DNA of 64,000 nucleotides from Eledone cirrhosa (lineage: Eukaryota), in the NCBI GenBank assembly GCA_964016885.1, contig OZ024764.1:5456001-5520000 (forward strand). Direction: 5' to 3'. Below, one piece after another: positions 25,501-39,700 of this stretch. The position numbers were made by a program, and so were the translations under genes. Under the pieces are notes generated by a model, which did no database searches, was not told the origin of the DNA, and saw nothing but the letters and a program-made list of their open reading frames with translations. Each line of letters begins with the position of its first letter. Positions within the stretch are counted from its first letter, which is position 1.

Positions 25501-28500
25501 AGTCTCACATTTAGACCCGTTTCTCTCTAGATGTACCTACTGCTATAGTCTCACATTTAGACCTGTTTCTCTCTAGATATACCTACTGCTGTAGTCTCAC
25601 ATTTAGACCTGTTTCTCTCTAGATATACCTACTGCTATAGTATTACATTTAGACCTGTTTCTCTCTAGATATACCTACTGCTATAGTCTCACATTTAGAC
25701 CTGTTTCTCTCTAGATATACCTACTGCTATGGTCTTACATTTAGACCTGTATCTCTCTAGATATACCTACAGCTATAGTCTCACATTTAGACCTATTTCT
25801 CTCGAGATATACCTATTGATATAGTCTTACATTTAGACCTGTATCTCTCTAGATATACCTACTGCTATAGTCTCACATTTAGACCTGTTTCTCTCTAGAT
25901 ATACCTACTGCTATAGTCTTACATTTAGACCTGTTTCTCTCTAGATATACCTACTGCTATAGTCTCACATTTAGACCTGGTTCTCTCTAGATGTACCTAC
26001 TGATATAGTCTCACATTTAGACCTGTTTCTCTCTAGATGTACCTACTGCTATAGTCTTACATTTAGACCTGTTTCTCTCTAGATGTACCTACTGCTATAA
26101 TCTTACATTTAGACCTGTTTCTCTCTAGATATACCTACAACTATAGTCTCACATTTAGACCTATTTCTATCTAGATATACCTACTGATATAGTCTTACAT
26201 TTAGACCTGTTTCTCTCTAGATATACCTACTGCAATGGTCTTACATTTAGACCTGTTTCCCTCTAGATATACCTACTGCTATAGTCTCACATTTAGACCT
26301 GTTTCTCTCTAGATGTACCTACTGCTATAGTCTCACATTTAGACCGGTTTCTCTCTAGATATACCTACTGCTGTAGTCTCACAGTTAGACCTGTTTCTCT
26401 CTAGATATACCTACTGCTATAGTCTTACATTTAGACCTGTTTCTCTCTAGATATACCTACAGCTATAGTCTCACAATTAGACCTGTTTCTCTCTAGATAT
26501 ACCTACTGTAATGGTCTTACATTTAGACCTGTTTCTCTCTAGATATACCTACTGCTGTAGTCTCACATTTAGACCCATTTCTCTCTAGATATACCTACTG
26601 CTATAGTCTCACATTTAGACCTCCTTCTCTCTAGATGTACCTACTGCTATAGTCTTACATTTAGACCTGTTCCTCTCTAGATGTACCTACTGCTATAGTC
26701 TCACATTTAGACCTGTTTCTCTCTAGATATACCTACTGCTATAGTCTCACATTTAGACCCGTTTCTCTCTAGATGTACCTACTGCTATAGTCTCACATTT
26801 AGACCTGTTTCTCTCTAGATATACCTACTGCTGTAGTCTCACATTTAGACCTGTTTCTCTCTAGATATACCTACTGCTATAGTATTACATTTAGACCTGT
26901 TTCTCTCTAGATATACCTACTGCTATAGTCTTACATTTAGACCTGTATCTCTCTAGATATACCTACAGCTATAGTCTCACATTTAGACCTATTTCTCTCG
27001 AGATATACCTATTGATATAGTCTTACATTTAGACCTGTATCTCTCTAGATATACCTACTGCTATAGTCTCACATTTAGACCTGTTTCTCTCTAGATATAC
27101 CTACTGCTATAGTCTTACATTTAGACCTGTTTCTCTCTAGATATACCTACTGCTATAGTCTCACATTTAGACCTGGTTCTCTCTAGATGTACCTACTGAT
27201 ATAGTCTCACATTTAGACCTGTTTCTCTCTAGATGTACCTACTGCTATAGTCTCACATTTAGACCTGTTTCTCTCTAGATGTACCTACTGCTATAGTCTT
27301 ACATTTAGACTTGTTCCTCTCTAGATGTACCTACTGCTATAGTCTCACATTTAGATCTGTTTCTCTCTAGATATACCTACTGCTATAGTCTCACATTTAG
27401 ACCCGTTTCTCTCTAGATGTACCTACTGCTATAGTCTCACATTTAGACCTGTTTCTCTCTAGATATACCTACTGCTGTAGTCTCACATTTAGACCTGTTT
27501 CTCTCTAGATATACCTACTGCTATAGTATTACATTTAGACCTGTTTCTCTCTAGATATACCTACTGCTATAGTCTCACATTTAGACCTGTTTCTCTATAG
27601 ATATACCTACTGCTATAGTCTTACATTTAGACCTGTATCTCTCTAGATATACCTACAGCTATAGTCTCACATTTAGACCTATTTCTCTCGAGATATACCT
27701 ATTGATATAGTCTTACATTTAGACCTGTATCTCTCTAGATATCCCTACTGCTATAGTCTCACATTTAGACCTGTTTCTCTCTAGATATACCTACTGCTGT
27801 AGTCTCACATTTAGACCTGTTTCTCTCTAGATGTACCTACTGCTATAGTCTTACATTTAGACCTGTTTCTCTCTAGATATACCTACTGCTATAGTCTCAC
27901 TTTAGACCTGTTTCTCTCTAGATATACCTACTGATATAGTCTCACATTTAGACCTGTTTCTCTCTAGATGTACGTACCGCTATAGTCTCACATTTAGACC
28001 TGTTTCTCTCTAGATATACCTACTGCTATAGTCTTACATTTAGACCTGTTTCTCTCTAGATATACCTACTGCTATAGTCTTACATTTAGACCTGTATCTC
28101 TCTAGATATACCTACAGCTATAGTCTCACATTTAGACCTATTTCTCTCGAGATATACCTATTGATATAGTCTTACATTTAGACCTGTATCTCTCTAGATA
28201 TACCTACTGCTATAGTCTCACATTTAGACCTGTTTCTCTCTAGATATACCTACTGCTGTAGTCTCACATTTAGACCTGTTTCTCTCTAGATGTACCTACT
28301 GCTATAGTCTCACATTTAGACCTGTTTCTCTCTAGATATACCTACTGATGTAGTCTTACATTTGGACCTGTTTCTCTCTAGATGTACCTACTGCTATAGT
28401 CTCACATTTAGACCTGTTTCTCTCTAGATATACCTACTGCTATAGTCTTACATTTAGACCTGTTTCTCTCTAGATATACCTACAACTATAGTCTGACATT

Positions 28501-31500
28501 TAGACCTATTTCTATCTAGATATACCTACTGATATAGTCTTACATTTAGACCTGTTTCTCTCTAGATATACCTACTGCAATGGTCTTACATTTAGACCTG
28601 TTTCTCTCTAGATATACCTACTGCTATAGTCTCACATTTAGACCTATTTCTCTCTAGATATACCTACTGATATAGTCTTACATTTAGACCTGCTTCTCTC
28701 TAGATATACCTACTGCAATGGTCTTACATTTAGATCTGTTTCTCTCTAGATATACCTACTGCTATAGTCTCACATTTAGACCTGTTTCTCTCTACATGTA
28801 CCTACTGCTATAGTCTCACATTTAGACCTGTTTCTCTCTAGATGTACCTACTGCTATAGTCTCACATTTAGACCGGTTTCTCTCTAGATATACCTACTGC
28901 TGTAGTCTCACAGTTAGACCTGTTTCTCTCTAGATATACCTACTGCTATAGTCTTACATTTAGACCTGTTTCTCTCTAGATATACCTACTGTAATGGGCT
29001 TACATTTAGACCTGTTTCTCACTAGATATACCTACTGCTATAGTCTCACATTTAGACCTCTTTCTCTCTAGATATACCTACTGCTGTAGTCTCACATTTC
29101 GACCCGTTTCTCTCTAGATATACCTACTGCTATAGTCTCACATTTAGACCCGTTTCTCTCTAGATATACCTACTGCTATAGTCTTACATTTAGACCTCTT
29201 TCTCTCTAGATGTACCTACTGCTATAGTCTTACATTTAGACCTGTTCCTCTCTAGATGTACCTACTGCTATAGTCTCACATTTAGACCTGTTTCTCTCTA
29301 GATATACCTACTGCTATAGTCTCACATTTAGACCCGTTTCTCTCTAGATGTACCTACTGATATAGTCTCACATTTAGACCTGTTTCTCTCTAGATATACC
29401 TACTGCTGTAGTCTCACATTTAGACCTGTTTCTCTCTAGATATACCTACTGCTATAGTATTACATTCAGACCTGTTTCTCTCTAGATATACCTACTGCTA
29501 TAGTCTTACATTTAGACCTGTATCTCTCTAGATATACCTACAGCTATAGTCTCACATTTAGACCTATTTCTCTCGAGATATACCTATTGATATAGTCTTA
29601 CATTTAGACCTGTATCTCTCTAGATATACCTACTGCTATAGTCTCACATTTAGACCTGTTTCTCTCTAGATATACCTACTGCTATAGTCTTACATTTAGA
29701 CCTGTTTCTCTCTAGATGTACCTACTGCTATAGTCTTACATTTAGACCTGTTTCTCTCTAGATGTACCTACTGCTATAGTCTTACATTTAGACCTGGTTC
29801 TCTCTAGATGTACCTACTGCTATAGTCTTACATTTAGACTTGTTTCTCTCCAGATGTACCTACCGCTATAGTCTCACATTTAGACCTGTATCTCTCTAGA
29901 TATACCTACTGCTATAGTCTCACATTTAGACCTGTTTCTCTCTAGATATACCTACTGCAATGGTCTTACATTTAGACCCGTTTCTCTCTAGATATACCTA
30001 CTGCTATAGTCTCACATTTAGACCTATTTCTCTCTAGATATACCTACTGATATAGTCTTACATTTAGACCTGCTTCTCTCTAGATATACCTACTGCAATG
30101 GTCTTACATTTAGACCTGTTTCTCTCTTGATATACCTACTGCTATAGTCTCACATTTAGACCTGTTTCTCTCTAGATGTACCTACTGCTATAGTCTCACA
30201 TTTAGACCGGTTTCTCTCTAGATATACCTACTGCTGTAGTCTCACAGTTAGACCTGTTTCTCTCTAGATATACCTACTGCTATAGTCTTACATTTAGACC
30301 TGTTTCTCTCTAGATATACCTACAGCTATAGTCTCACAATTAGACCTATTTCTCTCTAGATATACCTATTGATATAGTCTTACATTTAGACCTGTTTCTC
30401 TCTAGATATACCTACTGTAATGGTCTTACATTTAGACCTGTTTCTCACTAGATATACCTACTGCTATAGTCTCACATTTAGACCTCTTTCTCTCTAGATA
30501 TACCTACTGCTGTAGTCTCACATTTAGACGCGTTTCTCTCTAGATATACCTACTGCTATAGTCTCACATTTAGACCTGTTTCTCTCTAGATATACCTACT
30601 GCTATAGTCTTACATTTAGACCTGCTTCTCTCTAGATATACCTACTGCTATAGTCTCACATTTAGACCTGTCTCTCTCTAGATATACCTACTACTATAGT
30701 CTCACATTTAGACCTCTTTCTCTCTAGATGTACCTACTGCTATAGTCTTACATTTAGACCTGTTCCTCTCTAGATGTACCTACTGCTATAGTCTCACATT
30801 TAGACCTGTTTCGCTCTAGATATACCTACTGCTATAGTCTCACATTTAGACCCGTTTCTCTCTAGATGTACCTACTGCTATAGTCTCACATTTAGACCTG
30901 TTTCTCTCTAGATATACCTACTGCTGTAGTCTCACATTTAGACCTGTTTCTCTCTAGATATACCTACTGCTATAGTATTACATTTAGACCTGTTTCTCTC
31001 TAGATATACCTACTGCTATAGTCTCACATTTAGACCTGTTTCTCTCTAGATATACCTACTGCTATAGTCTTACATTTAGACCTGTATCTCTCTAGATATA
31101 CCTACAGCTATAGTCTCACATTTAGACCTATTTCTCTCGAGATATACCTATTGATATAGTCTTACATTTAGACCTGTATCTCTCTAGATATACCTACTGC
31201 TATAGTCTCACATTTAGACCTGTTTCTCTCTAGATATACCTACTGCTATAGTCTTACATTTAGACCTGTTTCTCTCTAGATATACCTACTGCTATAGTCT
31301 CACATTTAGACCTGGTTCTCTCTAGATATACCTACTGATATAGTCTCACATTTAGACCTGTTTCTCTCTAGATGTACCTACTGCTATAGTCTCACATTTA
31401 GACCTGTTTCTCTCTAGATGTACCTACTGCTATAGTCTTACATTTAGACCTGTTCTTCTCTAGATGTAACTACTGCTATAGTCTCACATTTAGACCTGTT

Positions 31501-33292
31501 TCTCTCTAGATATACCTACTGCTATAGTCTCACATTTAGACCCGTTTCTCTCTAGATGTACCTACTGCTATAGTCTCACATTTAGACCTGTTTCTCTCTA
31601 GATATACCTACTGCTGTAGTCTCACATTTAGACCTGTTTCTCTCTAGATATACCTACTGCTGTAGTCTCACATTTAGACCTGTTTCTCTCTAGATATACC
31701 TACTGCTATAGTATTACATTCAGACCTGTTTCTCTCTAGATATACCTACTGCTATAGTCTTACATTTAGACCTGTATCTCTCTAGATATACCTACAGCTA
31801 TAGTCTCACATTTAGACCTATTTCTCTCGAGATATACCTATTGATATAGTCTTACATTTAGACCTGTATCTCTCTAGATATACCTACTGCTATAGTCTCA
31901 CATTTAGACCTGTTTCTCTCTAGATATACCTACTGCTATAGTCTCACATTTAGACCTATTTCTCTCGAGATATACCTATTGATACAGTCTTACATTTAGA
32001 CCTGTATCTCTCTAGATATACCTACTGCTATAGTCTCACATTTAGACCTGTTTCTCTCTAGATGTACCTACTGCTATAGTCTCACATTTAGACCTGTTTC
32101 TCCCTAGATATACCTACTGATATAGTCTTACATTTAGACCTGTTTCTCTCTAGATATACCTACTGATATAGTCTTACATTTAGACCTGTTTCTCTCTAGA
32201 TGTACCTACTGCTATAGTCTCACATTTAGACCTGTTTCTCTCTAGATATACCTACTGCTATAGTCTTACATTTAGACCTTTTTCTCTCTAGATATACCTA
32301 CTGCAATGGTCTTACATTTAGACCCGTTTCTCTTCAGATATACCTACTGCTATAGTCTCACATTTAGACCTATTTCTCTCTAGATATACCTACTGATATA
32401 GTCTTACATTTAGACCTGCTTCTCTCTAGATATACCTACTGCAATGGTCTTACATTTAGACCTGTTTCTCTCTAGATATACCTACTGCTATAGTCTCACA
32501 TTTAGACCTGTTTCTCTCTAGATGTACCTACTGCTATAGTCTCACATTTAGACCGGTTTCTCTCTAGATATACCTACTGCTGTAGTCTCACAGTTAGACC
32601 TGTTTCTCTCTAGATATACCTACTGCTATAGTCTTACATTTATACCTGTTTCTCTCTAGATATACCTACAGCTATAGTCTCACAATTAGACCTATTTCTC
32701 TCTAGATATACCTATTGATATAGTCTTACATTTAGACCTGTTTCTCTCTAGATATACCTACTGTAATGGTCTTACATTTAGACCTGTTTCTCACTAGATA
32801 TACCTACTGCTATAGTCTCACATTTAGACCTCTTTCTCTCTAGATATACCTACTGCTGTAGTCTCACATTTAGACGCGTTTCTCTCTAGATATACCTACT
32901 GCTATAGTCTCACATTTAGACCTGTTTCTCTCTAGATATACCTACTGCTATAGTCTTACATTTAGACCTGCTTCTCTCTAGATATACCTACTGCTATAGT
33001 CTCACATTTAGACCTGTCTCTCTCTAGATATACCTACTACTATAGTCTCACATTTAGACCTCTTTCTCTCTAGATGTACCTACTGCTATAGTCTTACATT
33101 TAGACCTGTTCCTCTCTAGATGTACCTACTGCTATAGTCTCACATTTAGACCTGTTTCTCTCTAGATATACCTACTGCTATAGTCTCACATTTAGACCCG
33201 TTTCTCTCTAGATGTACCTACTGCTATAGTCTCACATTTAGACCTGTTTCTCTCTAGATATACCTACTGCTATAGTCTCACATTTAGACCTG

Positions 33293-36200
33293 TTTCTCTC
33301 TAGATATACCTACTGCTATAGTCTTACATTTAGACCTGTATCTCTCTAGATATACCTACAGCTATAGTCTCACATTTAGACCTATTTCTCTCGAGATATA
33401 CCTATTGATATAGTCTTACATTTAGACCTGTATCTCTCTAGATATACCTACTGCTATAGTCTCACATTTAGACCTGTTTCTCTCTAGATATACCTACTGC
33501 TATAGTCTTACATTTAGACCTGTTTCTCTCTAGATATACCTACTGCTATAGTCTCACATTTAGACCTGGTTCTCTCTAGATATACCTACTGATATAGTCT
33601 CACATTTAGACCTGTTTCTCTCTAGATGTACCTACTGCTATAGTCTCACATTTAGACCTGTTTCTCTCTAGATGTACCTACTGCTATAGTCTTACATTTA
33701 GACCTGTTCTTCTCTAGATGTAACTGCTGCTATAGTCTCACATTTAGACCTGTTTCTCTCTAGATATACCTACTGCTATAGTCTCACATTTAGACCCGTT
33801 TCTCTCTAGATGTACCTACTGCTATAGTCTCACATTTAGACCTGTTTCTCTCTAGATATACCTACTGCTGTAGTCTCACATTTAGACCTGTTTCTCTCTA
33901 GATATACCTACTGCTATAGTATTACATTTAGACCTGTTTCTCTCTAGATATACCTACTGCTATAGTCTCACATTTAGTCCCGTTTCTCTCTAGATATACC
34001 TACTGCTATAGTCTTACATTTAGACCTGTATCTCTCTAGATATACCTACAGCTATAGTCTCACATTTAGACCTATTTCTCTCAAGATATACCTATTGATA
34101 TAGTCTTACATTTAGACCTGTATCTCTCTAGATATACCTACTGCTATAGTCTCACATTTAGACCTGTTTCTCTCTAGATGTACCTACTGATATAGTCTTA
34201 CATTTAGACCTGTTTCTCTCTAGATGTACCTACTGCTATAGTCTTACATTTAGACCTGTTTCTCTCTAGATGTACCTACTGCTATAGTCTCACATTTAGA
34301 CCTGTCTCTCTCTAGATATACCTACTGCTATAGTCTCACATTTAGACCTCTTTCTCTCTAGATATACCTACTGTTATAGTCTTACATTTAGACCTGTTTC
34401 TCTCTAGATATACCTACTGCTGTAGTCTCACATTTAGACCTGTTTCTCTCTAGATGTACCTACTGCTATAGTCTTACATTTAGACCTGTTTCTCTCTAGA
34501 TATACCTACTGCTATAGTCTCACTTTAGACCTGTTTCTCTCTAGATATACCTACTGCTATAGTCTCACATTTAGACTTGTTTCTCTCTAGATGTACCTAC
34601 CGCTATAGTCTCACATTTAGACCTGTTTCTCTCTAGATATACCTACTGATATAGTCTTACATTTAGACCTGTTTCTCTCTAGATATACCTACTGATATAG
34701 TCTTACATTTAGACCTGTTTCTCTCTAGATGTACCTACTGCTATAGTCTCACATTTAGACCTGTTTCTCTCTAGATATACCTACTGCTATAGTCTTACAT
34801 TTAGACCTGTTTCTCTCTAGATATACCTACAACTATAGTCTCACATTTAGACCTATTTCTATCTAGATATACCTACTGATATAGTCTTACATTTAGACCT
34901 GTTTCTCTCTAGATATACCTACTGCAATGGTCTTGCATTTAGACCTGTTTCTCTCTAGATATACCTACTGCTATAGTCTCACATTTAGACCTATTTCTCT
35001 CTAGATATACCTACTGCTATAGTCTTACATTTAGACCTGTATCTCTCTAGATATACCTACAGCTATAGTCTCACATTTAGACCTATTTCTCTCGAGATAT
35101 ACCTATTGATATAGTCTTACATTTAGACCTGTATCTCTCTAGATATACCTACTGCTATAGTCTCACATTTAGACCTGTTTCTCTCTAGATATACCTACTG
35201 CTATAGTCTTACATTTAGACCTGTTTCTCTCTAGATATACCTACTGCTATAGTCTCACATTTAGACCTGGTTCTCTCTAGATATACCTACTGATATAGTC
35301 TCACATTTAGACCTGTTTCTCTCTAGATGTACCTACTGCTATAGTCTCACATTTAGACCTGTTTCTCTCTAGATGTACCTACTGCTATAGTCTTACATTT
35401 AGACCTGTTCTTCTCTAGATGTAACTGCTGCTATAGTCTCACATTTAGACCTGTTTCTCTCTAGATATACCTACTGCTATAGTCTCACATTTAGACCCGT
35501 TTCTCTCTAGATGTACCTACTGCTATAGTCTCACATTTAGACCTGTTTCTCTCTAGATATACCTACTGCTGTAGTCTCACATTTAGACCTGTTTCTCTCT
35601 AGATATACCTACTGCTATAGTATTACATTTAGACCTGTTTCTCTCTAGATATACCTACTGCTATAGTCTCACATTTAGTCCCGTTTCTCTCTAGATATAC
35701 CTACTGCTATCGTCTTACATTTAGACCTGTATCTCTCTAGATATACCTACAGCTATAGTCTCACATTTAGACCTATTTCTCTCAAGATATACCTATTGAT
35801 ATAGTCTTACATTTAGACCTGTATCTCTCTAGATATACCTACTGCTATAGTCTCACATTTAGACCTGTTTCTCTCTAGATGTACCTACTGATATAGTCTT
35901 ACATTTAGACCTGTTTCTCTCTAGATGTACCTACTGCTATAGTCTTACATTTAGACCTGTTTCTCTCTAGATGTACCTACTGCTATAGTCTCACATTTAG
36001 ACCTGTCTCTCTCTAGATATACCTACTGCTATAGTCTCACATTTAGACCTCTTTCTCTCTAGATGTACCTACTGTTATAGTCTTACATTTAGACCTGTTT
36101 CTCTCTAGATATACCTACTGCTGTAGTCTCACATTTAGACCTGTTTCTCTCTAGATGTACCTACTGCTATAGTCTTACATTTAGACCTGTTTCTCTCTAG

Positions 36201-36717
36201 ATATACCTACTGCTATAGTCTCACTTTAGACCTGTTTCTCTCTAGATATACCTACTGCTATAGTCTCACATTTAGACTTGTTTCTCTCTAGATGTACCTA
36301 CCGCTATAGTCTCACATTTAGACCTGTTTCTCTCTAGATATACCTACTGATATAGTCTTACATTTAGACCTGTTTCTCTCTAGATATACCTACTGATATA
36401 GTCTTACATTTAGACCTGTTTCTCTCTAGATGTACCTACTGCTATAGTCTCACATTTAGACCTGTTTCTCTCTAGATATACCTACTGCTATAGTCTTACA
36501 TTTAGACCTGTTTCTCTCTAGATATACCTACAACTATAGTCTCACATTTAGACCTATTTCTATCTAGATATACCTACTGATATAGTCTTACATTTAGACC
36601 TGTTTCTCTCTAGATATACCTACTGCAATGGTCTTGCATTTAGACCTGTTTCTCTCTAGATATACCTACTGCTATAGTCTCACATTTAGACCTATTTCTC
36701 TCTAGATATACCTACTG
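33293..36717. repeat. 1701-bp (37-monomer) tandem duplication within the satellite
   Basis: Private variants TAACTGCTGC (33721/35422), TTAGTCCCG (about 33974/35675), CTCAAGATA (about 34080/35781) and TCTTGCATTT (34931/36632) all recur at +1701. Confidence 0.92.
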
Positions 36718-39700
36718 ATATAGTCTTACATTTAGACCTGCTTCTCTCTAGATATACCTACTGCAATGGTCTTACATTTAGACCTGTTTCTCTCTAGATA
36801 TACCTACTGCTATAGTCTCACATTTAGACCTGTTTCTCTCTAGATGTACCTACTGCTATAGTCTCACATTTAGACCTGTTTCTCTCTAGATATACCTACT
36901 GCAATGGTCTTACATTTAGACCTGTTTCTCTCTAGATATACCTACTGCTGTAGTCTCACAGTTAGACCTGTTTCTCTCTAGATATACCTACTGCTATAGT
37001 CTTACATTTAGACCTGTTTCTCTCTAGATATACCTACAGCTATAGTCTCACAATTCGACCTGTTTCTCTCTAGATATACCTACTGTAATGGTCTTACATT
37101 TAGACCTCTTTCTCTCTAGATATACCTACTGCTGTAGTCTCACATTTAGACCCATTTCTCTCTAGATATACCTACTGCTATAGTCTCACATTTAGACCTC
37201 CTTCTCTCTAGATGTACCTACTGCTATAGTCTTACATTTAGACCTGTTCCTCTGAAGATGTACCTACTGCTATAGTCTCACATTTAGACCTGTTTCTCTC
37301 TAGATATACCTACTGCTATAGTCTCACATTTAGACCCGTTTCTCTCTAGATGTACCTACTGCTATAGTCTCACATTTAGACCTGTTTCTCTCTAGATATA
37401 CCTACTGCTGTAGTCTCACATTTAGACCTGTTTCTCTCTAGATATACCTACTGCTATAGTATTACATTTAGACCTGTTTCTCTCTAGATATACCTACTGC
37501 TATAGTCTCATATTTAGACCTGTTTCTCTCTAGATATACCTACTGCTATAGTCTTACATTTAGACCTGTATCTCTCTAGATATACCTACAGCTATAGTCT
37601 CACATTTAGACCTATTTCTCTCGAGATATACCTATTGATATAGTCTTACATTTAGACGTGTATCTCTCTAGATATACCTACTGCTATAGTCTCACATTTA
37701 GACCTGTTTCTCTCTAGATATACCTACTGCTATAGTCTTACATTTAGACCTTTTTCTCTCTAGATATACCTACTGCTATAGTCTTACATTTAGACCTGTT
37801 TCTCTCTAGATGTACCTACTGCTATAGTCTCACATTTAGACCGGTTTCTCTCTAGATATACCTACTGCTGTAGTCTCACAGTTAGACCTGTTTCTCTCTA
37901 GATATACCTACTGCTATAGTCTTACATTTAGACCTGTTTCTCTCTATATATACCTACTGTAATGGTCTTACATTTAGACCTGTTTCTCACTAGATATACC
38001 TACTGCTATAGTCTCACATTTAGACCTCTTTCTCTCTAGATATACCTACTGCTGTAGTCTCACATTTCGACCCGTTTCTCTCTAGATATACCTACTGCTA
38101 TAGTCTCACATTTAGACCCGTTTCTCTCTAGATATACCTACTGCTATAGTCTTACATTTAGACCTGCTTCTTTCTAGATATACCTACTGCTATAGTCTCA
38201 CATTTAGACCTGTCTCTCTCTAGATATACCTACTACTATAGTCTCACATTTAGACCTCTTTCTCTCTAGATGTACCTACTGCTATAGTCTTACATTTAGA
38301 CCTGTTCCTCTCTAGATGTACCTACTGCTATAGTCTCACATTTAGACCTGTTTCTCTCTAGATATACCTACTGCTATAGTCTCACATTTAGACCCGTTTC
38401 TCTCTAGATGTACCTACTGATATAGTCTCACATTTAGACCTGTTTCTCTCTAGATATACCTACTGCTGTAGTCTCACATTTAGACCTGTTTCTCTCTAGA
38501 TATACCTACTGCTATAGTATTACATTCAGACCTGTTTCTCTCTAGATATACCTACTGCTATAGTCTTACATTTAGACCTGTATCTCTCTAGATATACCTA
38601 CAGCTATAGTCTCACATTTAGACCTATTTCTCTCGAGATATACCTATTGATATAGTCTTACATTTAGACTTGTATCTCTCTAGATATACCTACTGCTATA
38701 GTCTCACATTTAGACCTGTTTCTCTCTAGATATACCTACTGCTATAGTCTTACATTTAGACCTGTTTCTCTCTAGATATACCTACTGCTATAGTCTCACA
38801 TTTAGACCTGGTTCTCTCTAGATGTACCTACTGATATAGTCTCACATTTAGACCTGTTTCTCTCTAGATGTACCTACTGCTATAGTCTTACATTTAGACC
38901 TGTTTCTCTCTAGATGTACCTACTGCTATAGTCTTACATTTAGACCTGTTTCTCTCTAGATGTACCTACTGCTATAGTCTTACATTTAGACCTGTTTCTC
39001 TCTAGATGTACCTACTGATATAGTCTCACATTTAGGCCTGTTTCTCTCTAGATGTACCTACTGCTATAGTCTCACATTTAGACCTGTTTCTCTCTAGATA
39101 TACCTACTGCTATAGTCTCACATTTAGACCTGTCTCTCTCTAGATATACCTACTGCTATAGTCTCACATTTAGACCTCTTTCTCTCTAGATATACCTACT
39201 GTTATAGTCTTACATTTAGACCTGTTTCTCTCTAGATATACCTACTGCTGTAGTCTCACATTTAGACCTGTTTCTCTCTAGATATACCTACTGCTATAGT
39301 CTCACATTTAGACCTGTTTCTCTCTAGATATACCTACTGCTGTAGTCTCACATTTAGACCTGTTTCTCTCTAGATATACCTACTGCTATAGTATTACATT
39401 TAGACCTGTTTCTCTCTAGATATACCTACTGCTATAGTCTCACATTTAGACCTGTTTCTCTCTAGATATACCTACTGCTATAGTCTTACATTTAGACCTG
39501 TATCTCTCTAGATATACCTACAGCTATAGTCTCACATTTAGACCTATTTCTCTCGAGATATACCTATTGATATAGTCTTACATTTAGACCTGTATCTCTC
39601 TAGATATACCTACTGCTATAGTCTCACATTTAGACCTGTTTCTCTCTAGATATACCTACTGCTATAGTCTTACATTTAGACCTGTTTCTCTCTAGATATA

